Below are positions 7,305-10,386 of a DNA stretch of 10,386 nucleotides, in pieces. The position numbers were made by a program, and so were the translations under genes. The stretch comes from a virus (lineage: Duplodnaviria; Heunggongvirae; Uroviricota; Caudoviricetes), in the IMG/VR virus record IMGVR_UViG_2529292735_000026, positions 1 through 10,386 of that record; one strand, given 5' to 3'. Position 1 is the stretch's first letter, and every line of letters starts with the position of its first letter. The notes below the pieces were generated by a model, which saw nothing but the letters and a program-made list of their open reading frames with translations, searched no databases and was not told the origin of the DNA.

Positions 7305-7784
7305 ATGATGCTCGCGTTAGGTATGTTTGTTTTTATGCGCCAGACGCTGCCACACCAGACCATGCAGCGTGAATCAGATTATCGCTGGCCGTCAAATTCC
7401 TGTATCGGTAAACGGGATGCCTTTCAGTTTCTCGGTGTGGGTGAGGAAAACATCACGCTTGCCGGTGTGCTTTATCCTGAACTGACCGGCGGGAAGCTGA
7501 CGATGACCACGCTCAGGCTGATGGCAGAGGAAGGCCGGGCGTGGCCGTTGCTGGATGGCACCGGCATGATTTACGGCATGTATGTCATCAGCAGGGTGAG
7601 TGAAACAGGGAGTATTTTCTTTGCAGACGGCACACCCCGGAAAATTGATTTTACGCTGTCGCTCACCCGCGTTGATGAATCACTGGCCGCGCTTTATGGC
7701 GATATCGGTAAACAGGCGGAATCGCTCATCGGTAAGGCTGGCAGTATGGCGACTAAATTCACGGGTATGACGGGGGCGGGATAA
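7305..7784 (+). CDS. U: Tail protein gpU (P2 U-like), 159 aa
   Basis: RBS AAGGAGG upstream; syntenic position between T and D; stop overlaps the D start (ATAATG). Confidence 0.9.
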   Translation: MMLALGMFVFMRQTLPHQTMQRESDYRWPSNSCIGKRDAFQFLGVGEENITLAGVLYPELTGGKLTMTTLRLMAEEGRAWPLLDGTGMIYGMYVISRVSETGSIFFADGTPRKIDFTLSLTRVDESLAALYGDIGKQAESLIGKAGSMATKFTGMTGAG

Positions 7785-8947
7785 TGCTGGATGCACTGAC
7801 ATTTGATGCAGGCAGTACGCTGACGCCGGATTACATGCTGATGCTCGACAGCAGGGATATTACCGGCAATATCAGCGACCGTCTGATGAGTATGACCCTG
7901 ACGGATAACCGGGGTTTTGAGGCTGACCAGCTTGATATTGAACTGAACGATGCCGACGGGCAGGTCGGGCTGCCGGTTCGTGGCGCTGTCCTGACGGTGT
8001 ATATCGGCTGGAAAGGTTTTGCCCTGGTATGCAAAGGGAAATTCACCGTTGATGAGGTTGAACACCGGGGCGCGCCGGATGTGGTCACCATCCGCGCCCG
8101 GAGTGCAGATTTCCGCGGGACGCTCAATTCCCGCCGTGAAGGTTCCTGGCATGACACCACGCTCGGTGCGATTGTTGAGGCGATAGCCTCCCGTAACAGG
8201 CTGGAAGCCAGTGTCGCTCCGTCACTGGCCGGAATTAAAATCCCGCACATCGACCAGTCGCAGGAGTCTGATGCGAAATTCCTGACCCGTCTTGCAGAAC
8301 GCAACGGCGGTGAGGTGTCGGTAAAAATGGGAAAATTGTTGTTTCTCAAAGCGGGGCAGGGGGTGACGGCCAGCGGTAAGAAAATCCCGCAGGTCACCAT
8401 CACCCGCAGCGACGGCGACCGTCATCATTTTGCGATTGCTGACCGTGGAGCCTACACCGGCGTAACGGCAAAGTGGTTACACACCAAAGACCCGAAGCCG
8501 CAAAAGCAGAAGGTAAAACTGAAACGCAAAAAGAAAGAAAAACACCTGCGCGCACTGGAGCACCCGAAAGCGAAACCGGTCAGGCAGAAGATAGCGCCCA
8601 AAGTGCCGGAAGCGCGCGAAGGTGAATACATGGCCGGTGAGGCTGATAACGTTTTTGCCCTGACCACGGTATATGCCACGAAAGCACAGGCCATGCGCGC
8701 CGCTCAGGCGAAGTGGGACAAACTGCAACGGGGCGTTGCGGAGTTCTCCATCAGCCTTGCCACTGGTCGGGCTGATATTTACACGGAAACGCCGGTCAGA
8801 GTGTCAGGCTTTAAGCGCGTCATAGACGAGCAGGACTGGACAATCACTAAGGTGACACATTTTCTGAATAATAGCGGCTTCACGACGTCCTTGGAGCTTG
8901 AGGTCAGGCTTTCTGATGTGGAGTACGAAACAGAAGATGATGAGTGA
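7784..8947 (+). CDS. D: Tail protein gpD (P2 D-like), 387 aa
   Basis: Translationally coupled to U; size and position match P2 D; contains a Lys-rich segment (…KPQKQKVKLKRKKKEKH…). Confidence 0.9.
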   Translation: MLDALTFDAGSTLTPDYMLMLDSRDITGNISDRLMSMTLTDNRGFEADQLDIELNDADGQVGLPVRGAVLTVYIGWKGFALVCKGKFTVDEVEHRGAPDVVTIRARSADFRGTLNSRREGSWHDTTLGAIVEAIASRNRLEASVAPSLAGIKIPHIDQSQESDAKFLTRLAERNGGEVSVKMGKLLFLKAGQGVTASGKKIPQVTITRSDGDRHHFAIADRGAYTGVTAKWLHTKDPKPQKQKVKLKRKKKEKHLRALEHPKAKPVRQKIAPKVPEAREGEYMAGEADNVFALTTVYATKAQAMRAAQAKWDKLQRGVAEFSISLATGRADIYTETPVRVSGFKRVIDEQDWTITKVTHFLNNSGFTTSLELEVRLSDVEYETEDDE

Positions 8948-9028
8948 TGTTTTTATTTTATCTATTTGTTTTATAAGGATAAATTAACTAGAATGGCACT
9001 ATCAACAAAACCGGAAGAGGTGCTCGCG

Positions 9029-9247
9029 ATGTTTCATTGTCCTTTATGCCAGCATGCCGCACATGCGCGTACAAGCCGCTATATCACTGACACGACAAAA
9101 GAGCGTTATCACCAGTGTCAGAACGTGAATTGCAGCGCCACGTTCATCACCTATGAGTCGGTACAGAGATACATCGTGAAGCCGGGAGAAGTCCACGCCG
9201 TAAGGCCGCACCCGTTGCCGTCAGGGCAGCAAATTATGTGGATGTGA
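9029..9247 (+). CDS. ogr: Late transcription activator Ogr (zinc-finger), 72 aa
   Basis: Translation MFHCPLCQHAAHARTSRYITDTTKERYHQCQNVNCSATFITYESVQRYIVKPGEVHAVRPHPLPSGQQIMWM matches P2 Ogr as I recall it, with the C-x2-C…C-x4-C zinc finger; ATG 9029 chosen over the upstream TTG (8966) and ATG (8993) because of the GAGG RBS spacing and the canonical 72-aa length. Confidence 0.9.
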   Translation: MFHCPLCQHAAHARTSRYITDTTKERYHQCQNVNCSATFITYESVQRYIVKPGEVHAVRPHPLPSGQQIMWM

Positions 9248-9251
9248 TCAC

Positions 9252-9285
9252 AAAAATAGCCCCTCAGTTGAGGGGCTTTATTTAT
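9252..9285 (+). terminator. Rho-independent terminator after ogr (end of the late/tail transcription unit)
   Basis: 9-bp stem agcccctca (9258-9266) / tgaggggct (9269-9277) with a 2-nt loop, flanked by an A-run upstream and TTATTTAT downstream. Confidence 0.6.
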
Positions 9286-9291
9286 GGTCGA

Positions 9292-9320
9292 TGTGGACGC
9301 TATGTGGACAGCGGTTGACA
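9292..9320 (+). other. Putative integrase arm-type binding sites in attR (direct repeats TGTGGAC-G, TGTGGACA, GTTGACA)
   Basis: Three direct repeats at 9292, 9303 and 9314 with roughly one helical turn spacing; TGTGGACA is, to my recollection, the arm-site consensus of P2 integrase; located between ogr and host DNA where the attR arm is expected. Confidence 0.5.
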
Positions 9321-9375
9321 TAAATCCATTTATATCATCAGGTTAGGTGCTTTTTTGTGACACCATCCCTGTCTT

Positions 9376-9403
9376 CCCCCACATGATGTGGGGGTTTTTT
9401 TTA
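9376..9403 (+). terminator. Strong rho-independent terminator; probably host-derived (possibly the 3' end of the cpxP/CpxQ transcript) or part of the att core region
   Basis: GC-rich stem cccccaca / tgtggggg around a short loop, followed by a T8 run (9395-9402). Confidence 0.65.
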
Positions 9404-9429
9404 TCCTCAATTTGCCTGCTGCTTAATGC

Positions 9430-9456
9430 ATTGCAGATGATTTGCTTCCGTTATAC
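9430..9456 (+). promoter_or_regulatory. Possible fieF promoter (TTGCAG, 15-nt spacer, TATACT)
   Basis: Hexamer match only; spacer is short; about 30 nt upstream of the fieF ATG. Confidence 0.25.
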
Positions 9457-9483
9457 TAGCGTCAGTTGATAGCGGGAGTATTT

Positions 9484-10386
9484 ATGAATCAATCTTATGG
9501 ACGGCTGGTCAGTCGGGCGGCGATTGCTGCGACGGCGATGGCTTCGTTGCTATTGCTGATTAAAATTTTTGCATGGTGGTATACCGGGTCGGTGAGTATT
9601 CTCGCCGCGCTGGTGGATTCGCTGGTGGATATCGGCGCGTCGTTGACGAATTTACTGGTGGTGCGATATTCCCTGCAACCTGCCGACGATAATCACTCGT
9701 TTGGTCACGGTAAAGCAGAGTCCCTCGCGGCGCTGGCGCAAAGTATGTTTATCTCCGGTTCGGCACTATTCCTGTTTTTGACGGGTATTCAACATCTGAT
9801 ATCTCCAACACCGATGACAGATCCAGGCGTCGGGGTTATCGTGACAATTGTGGCGCTAATTTGTACGATTATCCTTGTCTCGTTTCAGCGTTGGGTGGTG
9901 CGCCGGACGCAAAGCCAGGCGGTGCGGGCTGATATGCTACATTACCAGTCTGATGTTATGATGAACGGCGCAATTCTGCTGGCGCTGGGGTTGTCCTGGT
10001 ACGGCTGGCATCGCGCCGATGCTCTGTTTGCATTGGGAATCGGCATCTATATTTTATATAGCGCGTTACGCATGGGATATGAGGCGGTACAGTCATTACT
10101 GGATCGCGCATTGCCTGATGAGGAACGGCAAGAAATTATTGATATCGTGACTTCCTGGCCGGGTGTTAGCGGCGCTCACGATCTTCGCACGCGGCAGTCA
10201 GGGCCGACCCGCTTTATTCAGATTCATTTGGAAATGGAAGACTCTCTGCCTTTGGTTCAGGCACATATGGTGGCGGATCAGGTAGAGCAGGCTATTTTAC
10301 GGCGTTTTCCGGGATCGGATGTGATTATCCATCAGGACCCCTGTTCCGTCGTACCCAGGGAGGGTAAACGGTCTATGCTTTCATAA
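9484..10386 (+). CDS. fieF: Cation diffusion facilitator family ferrous-iron/zinc efflux transporter FieF (YiiP), 300 aa
   Basis: Translation [49 protein letters not shown]… matches E. coli FieF/YiiP as I recall it; RBS GGGAG 5-6 nt upstream of ATG 9484; multiple TM helices followed by a cytoplasmic C-terminal domain; stop TAA at window end. Confidence 0.93.

Noticed and set aside
8470-8640. Lys-rich low-complexity segment inside gpD as a possible inserted element or embedded gene
   Set aside because: It is in frame within an otherwise typical 387-aa gpD of normal length; most likely a native flexible linker.
8966-9028. N-terminally extended Ogr (93 aa from TTG 8966, or from ATG 8993)
   Set aside because: The ATG at 9029 gives the canonical 72-aa Ogr starting MFHCPLCQ with a better-spaced RBS; the extension is probably untranslated leader and promoter.
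9466-9483. fieF start at 9466 as given in the ORF track (306 aa)
   Set aside because: The ATG at 9484 has a GGGAG RBS at correct spacing and gives the canonical MNQSYGRL N-terminus.
9248-9483. tRNA or tmRNA gene as the integration target
   Set aside because: No cloverleaf-compatible sequence, no conserved T-loop (GTTCRANYC-like) motif and no CCA end found in the ogr-fieF gap; the structure there is better explained by terminators and arm repeats.
1-10386. CRISPR arrays or other tandem repeat arrays
   Set aside because: No regularly spaced direct repeats of 25-40 bp seen anywhere in the window.

Overview
The window is the right-hand end of a P2-like (Peduovirus-type) prophage and its junction with the host chromosome at fieF. 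Left to right on the + strand: the 3' end of an IS66-family element (transposase C-terminus plus terminal inverted repeat) inserted into the tail-fibre-assembly gene (P2 G-like), leaving a 3' remnant; a strongly AT-rich island of about 1.7 kb carrying one 447-aa ORF with its own promoter-like sequence and terminator, in the slot that holds Z/fun in P2; then the syntenic tail module FI (sheath), FII (tube), E with E+E' via a T_TTT_TTG -1 frameshift site, T (tape measure), U, D, and the late activator Ogr; then a terminator, TGTGGACA-type direct repeats consistent with integrase arm sites in attR, a second strong terminator, and host fieF. The main hunting target is the AT-rich 447-aa cargo gene: I cannot assign it to a family from sequence alone, but its position, composition and autonomous expression signals make it a candidate single-gene phage-exclusion or defence determinant. 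It carries an HExxH motif near the N-terminus and about 20 cysteines. All homology statements are from reading the translations and recalling the families; no database search was run.
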